IMG/VR virus record: IMGVR_UViG_3300027977_000027
Location: 1-64,000 of that record
Direction: 5' to 3' (one strand)
Length of the DNA stretch: 64,000 nt
DNA from: a virus
Shown here in pieces: positions 1-10,184 of the stretch (within the stretch, counting starts at the first letter, position 1; each line of letters starts with the position of its first letter). The notes beneath the pieces were generated by a model that was not told the origin of the DNA, did not search any database, and was given only the letters and a program-made list of their open reading frames with translations. The position numbers were made by a program, and so were the translations under genes.

Positions 1-80
1 AGATATTGAAAATCATAGGTTTTACCAGTGCTGTCGTTCTACCAGTTATCACACTTGTAGTTCTTTTAGGTGTAAATTAA
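1..80 (+). CDS. 3' end of a gene with a hydrophobic C-terminus (partial)
   Basis: Frame ...ILKIIGFTSAVVLPVITLVVLLGVN* ends at TAA 78-80, followed by a terminator. Confidence 0.5.
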   Translation, partial: ILKIIGFTSAVVLPVITLVVLLGVN

Positions 81-117
81 TGCTTTAGTTATAACGTATT
101 AATTTATAATCTTAAAT

Positions 118-146
118 AAAGCCCCTAAAAGGGGCTTTTTTCTTTT
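118..146 (+). terminator. Intrinsic terminator
   Basis: aaagcccct-aaa-aggggcttt followed by T tract. Confidence 0.75.
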
Positions 147-183
147 GATAAACATATTTATATAGAAACAATTTAAAGCTATC

Positions 184-426
184 ATGAAAAAGCAAATCAA
201 AGAAACTATGTCCAAGTCCGATGTATCCAAAGAGATTAAAATCTACATGGATTCTAAAGATTTTAAAGCCAAGATTGAAAAAATTGTAAAAGATAGAATT
301 AAAAACGAAAAAGAGTTAGAGGATAAAGTTGTTGATATAACTAAAAATGTTCTAACACAATTATATAAAACCCTTTGGACAAAAAGAGCTACTTGGGTTA
401 ATAATTTAACTAATAAAAATAACTAA
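184..426 (+). CDS. Hypothetical late protein
   Basis: 80 aa ORF, ATATTTAT motif about 30 nt upstream, N-terminus MKKQIKE. Confidence 0.7.
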   Translation: MKKQIKETMSKSDVSKEIKIYMDSKDFKAKIEKIVKDRIKNEKELEDKVVDITKNVLTQLYKTLWTKRATWVNNLTNKNN

Positions 427-428
427 AA

Positions 429-2219
429 ATGAAGAGAGTCAGAATTACTGAAAGTCAAGCTAAAGCATTAGGTTTGATTAAAATTAATGAAAATAGCGGT
501 GAAGAAACTGGTATGAAAGCGGTTAGTTCGGCACTAGGCCCAAAACCTGTTAGAATTGTAATATCTGGGGACTCAGTTCCAAAACTTAAAGACATCATTA
601 TAAAGGCGATAAAAAGACAAGACCCAGAAACTAATGTTGCTTATTTTGAAGCTACTGGTAAAATAGTTGGGAACGTTAATGAATATAAATTAGAATCGGT
701 TAAAAGAGATATAAAACAAATCGATTCAATGATATCCGTAGAAAAGAAATCGTTAAATAAAGCTTTAAAAGAAAACAAAAAAAGTGTTCTAAAAATAACC
801 AAAGAGCAATACAATAAATTGGTTAAATCTGGTTTAATAAAAGAAGCAGCACAAGATGTTAAAGTAAAGGGCGGTCTAAAAAGAGTTGATAAAGCTTTTA
901 AACAAGAAATGCCAAAATTGATGAGCGAGACAAAAAATTTGATAGAATACATGTATGGTAAAACTCAAACCTTTCCACCTTTTTGGAACAAGTTTGGTTT
1001 AACTTACGAGGAGATTTGCGAAGCTTTATCAAATGAAGGTATTATTATTGAGAATGATGGCTGTTGGAAACTTTCAAAATCAATGGGTACACCAGATATG
1101 GCTATTAATACTGTTATGGAGAAACTAAATAAAATGATGAATAATGGCCGTGAGTTAGAAATGGAATCTGATAGCAATTATCTAGCTGGTACGGAATATG
1201 ATAAAAATGCACCATGGAATCAAAAGTCTGATACTACAACACCAACAAAACCAAAACAAAGAGTTTTTAATGTTGTTTATTATAATAAAGAAATATGTAT
1301 TTTAAATGATAAAGAAGGTAATCAGTATGCGTTTTTTTATGATTCAATACCTAGAGAAGACTTTGAAGAATATGCCGAAATACCTAGAGAATACATTGGG
1401 AAAGATGAAGATGGAGACCCAGAATTTGAATATAGTGATGATTGGGATGTTGATGAGGGTGTGTTGGATGGATATGTAAACAATAATTTGAATAGTTTTT
1501 CTTATGGTGTTGGTTTGGATGATTTTGAAGAAAGTAAAGATATTGTAAAAATAGATTCTGAATTAAAAGATGATTTGATGAGGGTATATGATAAAGATAA
1601 AGGTTTAATTCGTGTGCTATCAGCAGTTGAAGAAAATTATTATTCAAACCCTAAAAAAGACGATGAGTTAATGAAAAAATTTTTTGATAGTATTATAAAA
1701 GCAACGACACCACAAGGTGAAAGAAAACCAAAAACAAAAGAAGAAGTAAGACAGATGGCCATAAAATTTGCAAAATTGTATGATAAACCTGTTAAGCATT
1801 ATTTGGATAAACTAAATAAAGAATATGGTATTGAAGAAACAACTACAGCGGTATCTTCTGGCTCCTATACAGGACCTTTCTTAGGCGAACCAGCAAAGAC
1901 ACCAGAAGACCCTAATAAACTTGATGTACCAGTTGTTGGTGAAGTAACTGCTGGAAGCGGTAGTGTTGGTGCATATGACGCAAATGCTTTACCAAATATA
2001 GCTCGTGACGGTAAATTTAAAAGCAATCCAACAACCCCTAAAGCGTTTAAAAAAACACAGTATTCAAAAGGTGGGTTTGTAAAATTTAATGATTGCGTTA
2101 AATTAAATAACAAACCAGCTGGTGCTGGTTGCAGCCAAGGAGCAGTTGATAATGTTGTTAAAGTTGTTCAAACAAAAGGCAATATAAACGCACCATCTTT
2201 AGGTGAAGGAAATAACTAA
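429..2219 (+). CDS. Probable virion head internal/core protein
   Basis: 596 aa, many (I/L)xE motifs (ITE, INE, LKE, IKE, IEE) like prohead-protease-processed proteins; function inferred. Confidence 0.55.
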   Translation: MKRVRITESQAKALGLIKINENSGEETGMKAVSSALGPKPVRIVISGDSVPKLKDIIIKAIKRQDPETNVAYFEATGKIVGNVNEYKLESVKRDIKQIDSMISVEKKSLNKALKENKKSVLKITKEQYNKLVKSGLIKEAAQDVKVKGGLKRVDKAFKQEMPKLMSETKNLIEYMYGKTQTFPPFWNKFGLTYEEICEALSNEGIIIENDGCWKLSKSMGTPDMAINTVMEKLNKMMNNGRELEMESDSNYLAGTEYDKNAPWNQKSDTTTPTKPKQRVFNVVYYNKEICILNDKEGNQYAFFYDSIPREDFEEYAEIPREYIGKDEDGDPEFEYSDDWDVDEGVLDGYVNNNLNSFSYGVGLDDFEESKDIVKIDSELKDDLMRVYDKDKGLIRVLSAVEENYYSNPKKDDELMKKFFDSIIKATTPQGERKPKTKEEVRQMAIKFAKLYDKPVKHYLDKLNKEYGIEETTTAVSSGSYTGPFLGEPAKTPEDPNKLDVPVVGEVTAGSGSVGAYDANALPNIARDGKFKSNPTTPKAFKKTQYSKGGFVKFNDCVKLNNKPAGAGCSQGAVDNVVKVVQTKGNINAPSLGEGNN

Positions 2220-2259
2220 CTTTACTTAAAACTAAGATATTTATTATAAAATCAATAAA

Positions 2260-3972
2260 ATGAACAAGAAAACAATAAAAAACCACCTAGTGAAAAGATT
2301 TTTGTCTGAAGAGGTTACTCCAGGTATTTCTGTTACAAAAAATGCCTTGAACCAATCTAAGAAAATTAATGCGCAAGGTTTAAAAGATATTGAAAAGAAC
2401 ATTGCTGATTTCGAAAAAGCTGTTAGACCAGATGCTAACGCAAAAGAAATGGCGCCTAGTAAATTCAACTACGAAAACAAAGACGAAAAAACTTATCACG
2501 ACCAAATAGAAATCATGAATGGTCAAGAAATGATTCAGTATTCATCAGACCCTAGTGAAAGATTTAAAGAAAGAGCTCTAGAAGCTATTGCTGGTAGCTC
2601 TAATATGGGTAATAATCCAGAATGGGCCAATGTCTATCCAAAACAACAGGGATTTACAGGCCCAGAATTTGGTAAAAATTTGGTTAAAAGTATAAAGAAT
2701 TCTACAAAGAAAAGACAAGAAGCTGATAAAGGTCTTTATAGCTTTGGTGACGATATAGAAAATGAAACTAGAAGCAATTTAATAAATACTAAATTTTCAG
2801 CTTTATCAGAAAATAAAGATAACAATAAAACACAAATAAAAGAAACAATGAAAAGAGTAAAATTCAAAAATCCATTTAATGGTGTTGGAAATGCATTGAA
2901 ACTTATCCCAGAAGGATATAGAGTTAATAACAAAGTATTTGAAATGACTGACGGCAATGAAACATACAAAATACGTTGGGAAGGCAATTTATCAGAAGGT
3001 AGAGCAGTTGTATTGACAGCAGCTGATAAAAGTCTTGTTAACGAGGACATAACAAGAATGAAACAATTGTTTGGTTATAAGTCACACGAAACTCTTGGTA
3101 CTTTAAAGGGTAAAGAAAGAATTGATGAAAACAAAGTATTTTCTGACATTTGGAAAAAAACAAAAACTCTTTTGGAAACTGAAGACATGGAAGGTGCTGA
3201 CGCTAAAGAAGGCAATTGGGATGACGTGTCAAAAAGCGCTCCAGAAGCAACCAAGCATGTTAAAACATCTGTTAAAAAAGATGCCGCTATTGCTAAAGGA
3301 AAAGAAGGTAATCCAGAAAAAGCTGTTAAACACGCCCCAGAAGCGAAATCACCAATGAAAAGTTCAAAAGGTGTTAACATAGAATCAGACGCTGATGCTA
3401 ACGAAGGAACATGGGAAGCTGCTGCAAAACCACAAGCACCAGAAGCAAAAAAACATGTTCATTTGAAAGAATCTGAAATGGAAGAAACATATATGGACGA
3501 AGCTGAAATGGAAGAAGGTTCTTTGGTTGATGAAGGATATATGGATGAAGCAATGTTAGATGAAATGATGAAAACCGAAGGCTGGGTGAATGAAGAAGAA
3601 AATGAAGAAGATAATGAAGAAGATAATGAAGAAAAAGAAGATTCATGGGAAAAAAATGACGAAGAAGGTGATAGCGGAGAAATAGAACCAAACGCTGCTG
3701 ATATTAAAGCCGATACCCCAGTTTCTAGTAATGATGGAGAAGAAGATGATTTGGCAACCCCAACTTCCACAAACTTCAAATTATTGTTTAGTCAATCAAG
3801 CGGTGAATATTGGATTGATAACAACGGTATCAAAACCCAAGTTCCAACCAAATATTACTCAATAGCTTCTGACAAAACCAAAAAGGGTGCTGAGAAAGCA
3901 TCTAAGATTGCCGCTCTTATGGCAAAAGATGCTGAAAACGCTGCCGAAATGGGTGATGAAGAAGAAATGTAA
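2260..3972 (+). CDS. Probable prohead core/scaffold-like acidic protein
   Basis: 570 aa, ATATTTAT upstream, LSE/IKE/VNE/LKE motifs, APEA repeats, very acidic C-terminus. Confidence 0.55.
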   Translation: MNKKTIKNHLVKRFLSEEVTPGISVTKNALNQSKKINAQGLKDIEKNIADFEKAVRPDANAKEMAPSKFNYENKDEKTYHDQIEIMNGQEMIQYSSDPSERFKERALEAIAGSSNMGNNPEWANVYPKQQGFTGPEFGKNLVKSIKNSTKKRQEADKGLYSFGDDIENETRSNLINTKFSALSENKDNNKTQIKETMKRVKFKNPFNGVGNALKLIPEGYRVNNKVFEMTDGNETYKIRWEGNLSEGRAVVLTAADKSLVNEDITRMKQLFGYKSHETLGTLKGKERIDENKVFSDIWKKTKTLLETEDMEGADAKEGNWDDVSKSAPEATKHVKTSVKKDAAIAKGKEGNPEKAVKHAPEAKSPMKSSKGVNIESDADANEGTWEAAAKPQAPEAKKHVHLKESEMEETYMDEAEMEEGSLVDEGYMDEAMLDEMMKTEGWVNEEENEEDNEEDNEEKEDSWEKNDEEGDSGEIEPNAADIKADTPVSSNDGEEDDLATPTSTNFKLLFSQSSGEYWIDNNGIKTQVPTKYYSIASDKTKKGAEKASKIAALMAKDAENAAEMGDEEEM

Positions 3973-3999
3973 TTAAAATTTTTAAGAATAATTTAAAAT

Positions 4000-4030
4000 A
4001 AAAACCCCCACTTATGGGGGTTTTTTTATT
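4000..4030 (+). terminator. Intrinsic terminator
   Basis: aaaaccccca-ctta-tggggg-tttttttt. Confidence 0.75.
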
Positions 4031-4153
4031 TTATAAAGATATTTATTAACAGCAATGGTTACATAACAAAAAAGTAAATAGTTAATAACTATTTTTAAAA
4101 TTATTCAGAAAAAAAAATGAAAAATAATAACAAAAAACAATAAAAATATAAAC

Positions 4154-4771
4154 ATGACACCATTACAAAAATTACAAGAAAAGATTGGTGTAAAGCCAGA
4201 TGGTCAATTTGGACCTACTACATTAAAGGCAATGAGAGATTATTATAAATTAAGTGATGAAAAAATAGCACATTTTTGTGGACAAGTTGCACATGAAACA
4301 GGAAACTACGCAGCTTTTACTGAAAACTTAAATTACTCTGCTGATGGTTTGAAAAAAATATTTCCTAAATATTTTCCAAACAATTTAGCGGAAAGTTATG
4401 CCCGTCAACCAGAAAAAATAGCTTCCAGAGTATACGCAAATAGAATGGGAAATGGAGATGAAGCATCAAAGGAAGGATTTTTATTTAGGGGTAGAGGTGC
4501 GTTGCAAACCACTGGCAAGTCAAATTATAAAGCTCTTTCAGAGTACTTAAAGAAACCAGAGTTATTAGCAAATCCAGACTTGGTTGCAAATGATTTTGCT
4601 TTTGAATCTGCTTTGTTTTTCTTCGAAAGCAATAAGCTTTGGGTTATTACTGATAAAGGCGTTAATCCAGAAACAATTTTAGCTTTGACAAAAAGAATTA
4701 ATGGCGGAACCAATGGTTTAGACCACAGGACTGAATTGACGAATAAATTTTATGGTTGGTTGAAATCTTAA
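4154..4771 (+). CDS. Glycoside hydrolase family 19 endolysin with N-terminal peptidoglycan-binding motif
   Basis: DGQFGPTT PG-binding motif; AHFCGQVAHET, ENLNYSA, FRGRGALQTTG, TKRINGGTNGL. Confidence 0.9.
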   Translation: MTPLQKLQEKIGVKPDGQFGPTTLKAMRDYYKLSDEKIAHFCGQVAHETGNYAAFTENLNYSADGLKKIFPKYFPNNLAESYARQPEKIASRVYANRMGNGDEASKEGFLFRGRGALQTTGKSNYKALSEYLKKPELLANPDLVANDFAFESALFFFESNKLWVITDKGVNPETILALTKRINGGTNGLDHRTELTNKFYGWLKS

Positions 4772-4814
4772 GTGTTTATTTTAGTACCCTATTATGTATA
4801 TTTATCAATAGGGT

Positions 4815-5279
4815 ATGAACGAAAAACACAGAAATTTTTTAACATATATAAACAAACCAATGAGCAGAGAAAGCATCACGATGGTTTATGATGCAAACAA
4901 TGTTAAGTTTGAACGGTGTGAGCTATATAATGATTTTACGCAATCTTTATTAAGGATTGTATTTGAAACGTATATGGGTGATGAAATAACCGATTCAATT
5001 GGCAAACTAAAACACTTTAATTGGTGTTGGGATAAAAATACAAAAAATTTTAAAAGAGAAGGTATTATTTTTGAAGGGGATAAACTTTATGAGTATTTTT
5101 TAGAATACACCATTCAAGTTTTTTATTCAGCTGAAAAAAAGAACATTAATTTTTCAGATAAAGATAGTTTAAATTTGTGGGTTGATTTGTTTGATTTCTC
5201 AAAACAAAAAACAAATTCTGACATGGATACGTTTATTGAAATTTACAAAATTTTTGAGAAATCACAAAAAATAGCATAA
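4815..5279 (+). CDS. Hypothetical protein
   Basis: 154 aa ORF with ATATTTAT upstream. Confidence 0.7.
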   Translation: MNEKHRNFLTYINKPMSRESITMVYDANNVKFERCELYNDFTQSLLRIVFETYMGDEITDSIGKLKHFNWCWDKNTKNFKREGIIFEGDKLYEYFLEYTIQVFYSAEKKNINFSDKDSLNLWVDLFDFSKQKTNSDMDTFIEIYKIFEKSQKIA

Positions 5280-5329
5280 AAATTGCCACTTACTATTGAT
5301 TTTTTGTTTTATTGTAGTATAATTGTTTT

Positions 5330-5566
5330 ATGAATACTGAAAGAATATTTAAAATTGTAATGACTGATTTAAGTGGTGAAAGACTAAAATTAGAAGAAGA
5401 CTTAGAAAGAGTTATAAATTCAAATTCAGAATCTGAATTTAAAACACAACAAATTAAATCAATTGTTAGTAGAATTGTAATAGTTGATGCTAGTTTGGCA
5501 CAGTTCTCATCAATGATGAATAATAACAATACAAATAAAAACGAAACAGAAAATGGAAAAGTTTAA
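5330..5566 (+). CDS. Hypothetical protein
   Basis: 78 aa ORF in operon. Confidence 0.6.
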   Translation: MNTERIFKIVMTDLSGERLKLEEDLERVINSNSESEFKTQQIKSIVSRIVIVDASLAQFSSMMNNNNTNKNETENGKV

Positions 5567-5732
5567 TGAATTAAAAACATTGATTGCTTCTTTAGAAGAA
5601 GATGCGACAAAATTCTTTAATAAAGACAACAAAGCGGCTGGTGTAAGACTTAGAAAAGGTTTACAAGACGTTAAGACTTTAGCTCAAGCTATTAGAGTTG
5701 AAGTTTCTGACAAGAACAAAAATGGAGAGTAA
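5553..5732 (+). CDS. Histone H1-like (Hc1 family) small DNA-binding protein, missing from ORF track
   Basis: MEKFNELKTLIASLEEDATKFFNKDNKAAGVRLRKGLQDVKTLAQAIRVEVSDKNKNGE; NKAAGxRxRK motif typical of the Bacteroidota Hc1 family. Confidence 0.8.
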   Translation: MEKFNELKTLIASLEEDATKFFNKDNKAAGVRLRKGLQDVKTLAQAIRVEVSDKNKNGE

Positions 5733-5733
5733 T

Positions 5734-5946
5734 ATGCTTTTGGAGATTGTCAATAGAATATTGATAGTATTATTTTTTATGTCTTGTTTGGTAACAATCA
5801 GACATGCATACTTCTTTATTCAAGCACTAATAACATCAACCAGTGAGGAACCAAACAAGTATAGGCTTTCACCAACATCATTATTTTTTTTGTGTGTTTC
5901 AATTGCTTATGTTTTGTCAGTAATTTTTACTGGAATAAAAATATAG
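5734..5946 (+). CDS. Small two-TM membrane protein
   Basis: MLLEIVNRILIVLFFMSCL... two hydrophobic helices. Confidence 0.6.
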   Translation: MLLEIVNRILIVLFFMSCLVTIRHAYFFIQALITSTSEEPNKYRLSPTSLFFLCVSIAYVLSVIFTGIKI

Positions 5947-5950
5947 TTGA

Positions 5951-6676
5951 ATGTCAAATATACAAAAGACTTTAGATGCACTGCAACCTTATGTTATAGG
6001 CATCAGATATTTGGAAGGCACCGCAGTAGTTGATGCTGTATTTAAAGAAGGTTGGTCAGTTTTGGATGACCCTAATATTAAAAAGATAAAGGGTAATGAA
6101 GAACTTAACTATTTTATGTTTTACAGCGAATCTGCTAGTATTGGTTTGGATGAACTTCTTGGCCATGTAGATAAAGTAATAAAAGCTAACCAAGAAAGAG
6201 AAAAGAAGCATGAACTTTTGCGTGAAAAGGTTAATGAACTAAAAGAACTATTCAAAAAGAATTCTTTGAGTCGATTAACTAGATTAAAATTTGTTTTTGG
6301 TGAAGAAGACTTTGTACCGAAATTGGATGAGTTTGAAGTTGATGACACACTAGACGATTCACCAATTGTGATGCAAGAATCTTTAGTAACAGAAGAACCA
6401 AAAGTTAATAACGTGCCTTATTTAGATGGGGAAGTTAACTCTATAGACCTTACTGAAGAAGAAAAAGAAATACTAGAAGAGGAAGCTAGAGCTGAAAGAA
6501 ATAGAAAAGCTATAGCAACAAAGAAAAACACACCAGCATCTAAAATAGCTAGCAAAATAGATTTACCACCTAAGAAAAAAATAGAAATGGTGATTGCTAA
6601 TGATGATTATGATTCCGATTGTGATTGTGGACCAGAAGAAGCTTGCTCCAAGTGCATAGATAAAAAAGGTCTGTAA
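5951..6676 (+). CDS. Hypothetical coiled-coil protein with Cys-rich tail
   Basis: 241 aa, C-terminal CDC...CSKC. Confidence 0.7.
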   Translation: MSNIQKTLDALQPYVIGIRYLEGTAVVDAVFKEGWSVLDDPNIKKIKGNEELNYFMFYSESASIGLDELLGHVDKVIKANQEREKKHELLREKVNELKELFKKNSLSRLTRLKFVFGEEDFVPKLDEFEVDDTLDDSPIVMQESLVTEEPKVNNVPYLDGEVNSIDLTEEEKEILEEEARAERNRKAIATKKNTPASKIASKIDLPPKKKIEMVIANDDYDSDCDCGPEEACSKCIDKKGL

Positions 6677-6680
6677 TAAT

Positions 6681-6702
6681 AAAGCCCCATTTAGGGGCTT
6701 TT
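6681..6702. terminator. Bidirectional terminator between convergent genes
   Basis: aaagcccc-attta-ggggcttt. Confidence 0.7.
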
Positions 6703-6703
6703 A

Positions 6704-7042
6704 TTATTTTTGGTGGTGTCTTTCAAAGGCTTCTTGTATTGTGTGGGTTAACCACACACCAGCTGCCGATACCAGCCCGTTTAAAAATGTCATCAAATAA
6801 GGGTTGTCGACACCTAAAGCGCCAACTGGCGTCAAATGCCCATAACCAAAGTGAAACATTGTATAACTAACTACAAAACCCATCCATGTGCCTAAACACA
6901 TAAAACAAGTAAATAATTTATGCAAACTGTAACCCCCAGTACCAAATTTAGCTAGAAAGTTTCTCCAGCCTTCAAAAATAGAACCGTAAATCATATTATT
7001 ACAAGCTCCGTAACAAATTAAAATAAAAATAAATGTCATCAT
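6704..7042 (-). CDS. Membrane protein (DUF1360-like)
   Basis: Hydrophobic helices and LFTCFMCLGTW motif. Confidence 0.6.
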   Translation of the reverse strand: MMTFIFILICYGACNNMIYGSIFEGWRNFLAKFGTGGYSLHKLFTCFMCLGTWMGFVVSYTMFHFGYGHLTPVGALGVDNPYLMTFLNGLVSAAGVWLTHTIQEAFERHHQK

Positions 7043-7097
7043 ATGTTTTTAATTACAATAATACGACTTATCTTTAAATTAGTCAATATTTATAATC

Positions 7098-7511
7098 ATG
7101 AAAACGTTTATAAAAAAACTACTTAGAGAGTCAATTGCCAGACCTACAGCTGTTGGTGTTTTAATAAAATGCGATAAAACAGATAAAGTATTTCTTATGT
7201 TAAGAAACGATAAGAAACCAACTTGGTCATTGGTTTCTGGTGGGTTAGAAAACGGTGAAGAACCTATAGATTGTTTGAAAAGAGAAGTATCTGAAGAGTT
7301 GTCAATCGACCCAAACATTATAAGTTATAAAAAAGTTGGTGTGGAAGATATATCAAGTAAAAATTTAACATTTCATTATTATGAAGGCTTGACTTCTAAC
7401 GAATTTGTTCCTAAATTGAACCATGAAAATTTAGAATGTGGTTGGTTTGAAAAAGATAACTTACCATCACCATTGTTTATTGGAATGAGTAAAAAAATAA
7501 AAAACATATGA
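7098..7511 (+). CDS. Nudix hydrolase
   Basis: Nudix box GGLENGEEPIDCLKREVSEEL; N-terminal MKTFIKKLLRES extension. Confidence 0.9.
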   Translation: MKTFIKKLLRESIARPTAVGVLIKCDKTDKVFLMLRNDKKPTWSLVSGGLENGEEPIDCLKREVSEELSIDPNIISYKKVGVEDISSKNLTFHYYEGLTSNEFVPKLNHENLECGWFEKDNLPSPLFIGMSKKIKNI

Positions 7512-7726
7512 GTAGAGACGCTTTATCAAGGGAATTTGAACTTGTTGAAAAACAAAAGATAAATGACAAATATGTTACTGCTTTAAAGAAAGCGCAATTT
7601 GCTAATGAAATTAAAGCTGGCCTTGGGGCTAAAATAAAAGAAAACCCTAATAAAGTTATAATAATAAAGAAATCATGGGGGCAAAAAGCCTTATCATGGT
7701 TTAAAAATATTTTCACAAAGTTTTAA
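7508..7726 (+). CDS. Hypothetical protein
   Basis: 72 aa, overlaps previous stop. Confidence 0.6.
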   Translation: MSRDALSREFELVEKQKINDKYVTALKKAQFANEIKAGLGAKIKENPNKVIIIKKSWGQKALSWFKNIFTKF

Positions 7727-7727
7727 T

Positions 7728-7961
7728 ATGACATACGAACAGTTGATAGAAACCATATCCCTAATAGTTGAAACTGAAAAAATACAAAAGGTTGGTTTAA
7801 ATCTTCATTATGAATTAGATGAAAAACAGCATTTGATTTTAAACGAAGAAATATACAGAAGAACAAACCTATACTCAAATAATTTTACACCAACAGATGA
7901 GTTTGAAGTTATGATTGCTGGTATACTTGTAAAATTTACAAAAATAAAATTGCAAGCTTAA
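7728..7961 (+). CDS. Hypothetical protein
   Basis: 77 aa ORF. Confidence 0.6.
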   Translation: MTYEQLIETISLIVETEKIQKVGLNLHYELDEKQHLILNEEIYRRTNLYSNNFTPTDEFEVMIAGILVKFTKIKLQA

Positions 7962-7988
7962 AAAATTATTAGTAACTTTGCAATCGTT

Positions 7989-8489
7989 ATGAAAAAACTA
8001 TCGTTTATATTTTTACTAAGTTTTATCTTAGTAGCTTGTTCAAAAGAAGACATGACGCCTGGTAGTTATACACAAGGTCAACCGCAGCCTGAAGACACAA
8101 CTAGCTGGCAATCACTTTATGAGGATGCTGGCGTGTTACCTAGTTGGGGTAACGTTAATCAAACAAATGAGTTGGTTGGAACATCTTGGGTTTTAACACA
8201 TTTACAAATAGGTTTGACAACACAACCGTTACCAATTGATACTGTAAGGTTTATAGATAATGTTTATTATACGATTAACAGTGGTGCTGTAAGAACTTAT
8301 CAGTTATCAGTTGGTGTTGCCACTAGTAGTAAATCACTTACATTGAATTATCATTTCCCATTTGGAAGCGGAAACTATAAAGGTGAAGTGGCTTCGACAT
8401 TTGTTAGTGATGGTGTGATTTATAATTGCGAATTTTATAATACAAACACTAGCACGATGATGGTTAGAGCGTCTTTCGTAAAAATTTAA
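7989..8489 (+). CDS. Lipoprotein
   Basis: Signal peptide with lipobox ILVAC followed by SKED; TAACTTTG promoter upstream. Confidence 0.75.
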   Translation: MKKLSFIFLLSFILVACSKEDMTPGSYTQGQPQPEDTTSWQSLYEDAGVLPSWGNVNQTNELVGTSWVLTHLQIGLTTQPLPIDTVRFIDNVYYTINSGAVRTYQLSVGVATSSKSLTLNYHFPFGSGNYKGEVASTFVSDGVIYNCEFYNTNTSTMMVRASFVKI

Positions 8490-8507
8490 AAAATATTTTC
8501 AAAAATA

Positions 8508-8540
8508 CTTGACACGAGGATTAAAATTTAGTACCTTTGC
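8508..8540 (+). promoter_or_regulatory. Bacteroidota sigma70-type promoter (example of about 30 copies)
   Basis: cTTGac ... gTACCTTTGc matches TTG(-33)/TAnnTTTG(-7); repeated at ~16457, 18328, 22503, 25633, 26610, 27063, 29003, 31422, 34986, 37903, 42168, 45512, 50747, 51510, 59438, 63072 and others. Confidence 0.8.
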
Positions 8541-8566
8541 AAAACTTAATATAAAAATCAAATATT

Positions 8567-10000
8567 ATGAGTAAACTTTTAGCTGCAATGCAAACAAATG
8601 ACACGCTTACTTTGAATGGTATGCCTACAAATTCTTCAAGCCTTAACCACTGCGTTAACTTGTTTTTTCAAATAGGTGCAATGAGAGGTCAAGACAAAGT
8701 TCGTCTTATAAATGCTTTTACAAAAGCGTTTGGTGAAAACCCTTTGACAGCCATGAAACTATTATTCTGGGCACGTGACGTTCGTGGTGGTGCTGGTGAA
8801 AGACAAATCTTTAGAGATATTGTCGAATATCTTGCAAAAAACCATAAAGATGCTATGGCTAAAAACCTTCACCTTATTAGTGAATATGGTAGATGGGATG
8901 ACCTTCTAATTTTGATTGGAACGCCTTTGGAAAAACAAGCTTTAGAGCTTATCGAAAAAGGTATGACAGATAAAAACGCTTTGGTGTTTAAATGGATGCC
9001 ACGTCCAAATGTTACAAATCGTGAAAAGAAAAGATGGGCTGCTGCCGTAAGACAATACATGGGTCTTTCTCCAAAAGAATACCGTAAGTTGTTGGTTGAA
9101 AACTCTAACACCGTTGAGCAATTGATGTGTGCTAATGAGTGGTCAGCTATTCAATACTCTAAGTTGCCTTCTAAGGCTATGAGCGACTTGATGAAAGCGT
9201 TCACAAAACATGACAAAGAAAGATTTGCTGCTTACTTAGAAAGAGTAAACAAAGGGGAAGCCAAGATTAATGCTGGTGCTGTATATCCATACGACATTGT
9301 GAAAAACTTAAGATTTGGTGACAAGTCTGGGGCTAACGCACAATGGAATGCTCTTCCTAATTACCTTGAAGGTAGCAAGGAAAGATTTCTACCAGTAGTT
9401 GACGTGTCTGGTTCCATGTCATGCCCAGCTGGTAACAACCCTAACGTTACTTGTATGGATGTTGCAATCTCTTTGGGATTGTATATTTCAGAAAGAAACG
9501 TTGGTCCCTTCAAGGATGCGTTTGTTACCTTCTCAAGCGACCCTAAATTGCAAGTACTTAGCGGTAATTTGCAAGAGAGATTTAACCAACTTGCTAGAGC
9601 TGACTGGGGCATGTCAACCAATGTTGAATCGGTATTCCGTTTGATACTTGACAAAGCGAAAGCTTCTAATGTATCAGAAGAAGAAATGCCAACCATGATT
9701 CTGATTATGTCAGACATGGAGTTCAACGCTGGAACTCGTGGTAACTGGAGCCTTAGCGCTCAGCAAATGTTCGAAAGAATGTACGCTGAAGCTGGCTACA
9801 AAATGCCTAAAGTTGTTTACTGGAACATTCACTCTAAAAGTGATAACTTCCCAGTACACTTTGACAAGAGTGGCAGTGCGCTTGTGTCTGGTTTCAGCCC
9901 AGCGTTGTTAACCAACTTGTTGGGTGGTAAAGATTTGACACCAGTATCTATGATGCTGGATGTTATCAACTCAGCACGTTACTCTGCGGTAACAGTCTAA
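8567..10000 (+). CDS. Ro60/TROVE-like helical ring + vWA domain protein (DUF2828-like)
   Basis: RDVRGGAGER, YGRWDDL, KWMPR, vWA MIDAS DVSGSM, STNVESVF, ILIMSDMEF, VVYWN, ALVSGFSP. Confidence 0.85.
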   Translation: MSKLLAAMQTNDTLTLNGMPTNSSSLNHCVNLFFQIGAMRGQDKVRLINAFTKAFGENPLTAMKLLFWARDVRGGAGERQIFRDIVEYLAKNHKDAMAKNLHLISEYGRWDDLLILIGTPLEKQALELIEKGMTDKNALVFKWMPRPNVTNREKKRWAAAVRQYMGLSPKEYRKLLVENSNTVEQLMCANEWSAIQYSKLPSKAMSDLMKAFTKHDKERFAAYLERVNKGEAKINAGAVYPYDIVKNLRFGDKSGANAQWNALPNYLEGSKERFLPVVDVSGSMSCPAGNNPNVTCMDVAISLGLYISERNVGPFKDAFVTFSSDPKLQVLSGNLQERFNQLARADWGMSTNVESVFRLILDKAKASNVSEEEMPTMILIMSDMEFNAGTRGNWSLSAQQMFERMYAEAGYKMPKVVYWNIHSKSDNFPVHFDKSGSALVSGFSPALLTNLLGGKDLTPVSMMLDVINSARYSAVTV

Positions 10001-10055
10001 TTTCAAAGGGGTTTGAGTCGCATAGCGTCTCAGCCCCTTTTTTGTGTTCATAATA

Positions 10056-10184
10056 AAGGTGTATTCTGCAAAAAGAAAACCACAATTATTAATGTTCAAC
10101 TATCAATGTAGGAGCCGCTTCCTCTATTTTTTTTAAGCGGTAAAACTTCAAAACAGGGTTAGAAGTAAAAGCCCCAACACTTTG
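10056..10184 (+). ncRNA. Putative small structured RNA, helix-RUUCWGCAA family copy A
   Basis: aaggtgt-a-ttctgcaa at 10056-10071 closes with acacttt-g at 10177-10184; directly downstream of the Ro60-like gene. Confidence 0.5.

Noticed and set aside
641-3779. Antisense ORFs inside long genes (and similar ones throughout)
   Set aside because: Shadow frames of the coding strand without promoters or recognisable motifs.
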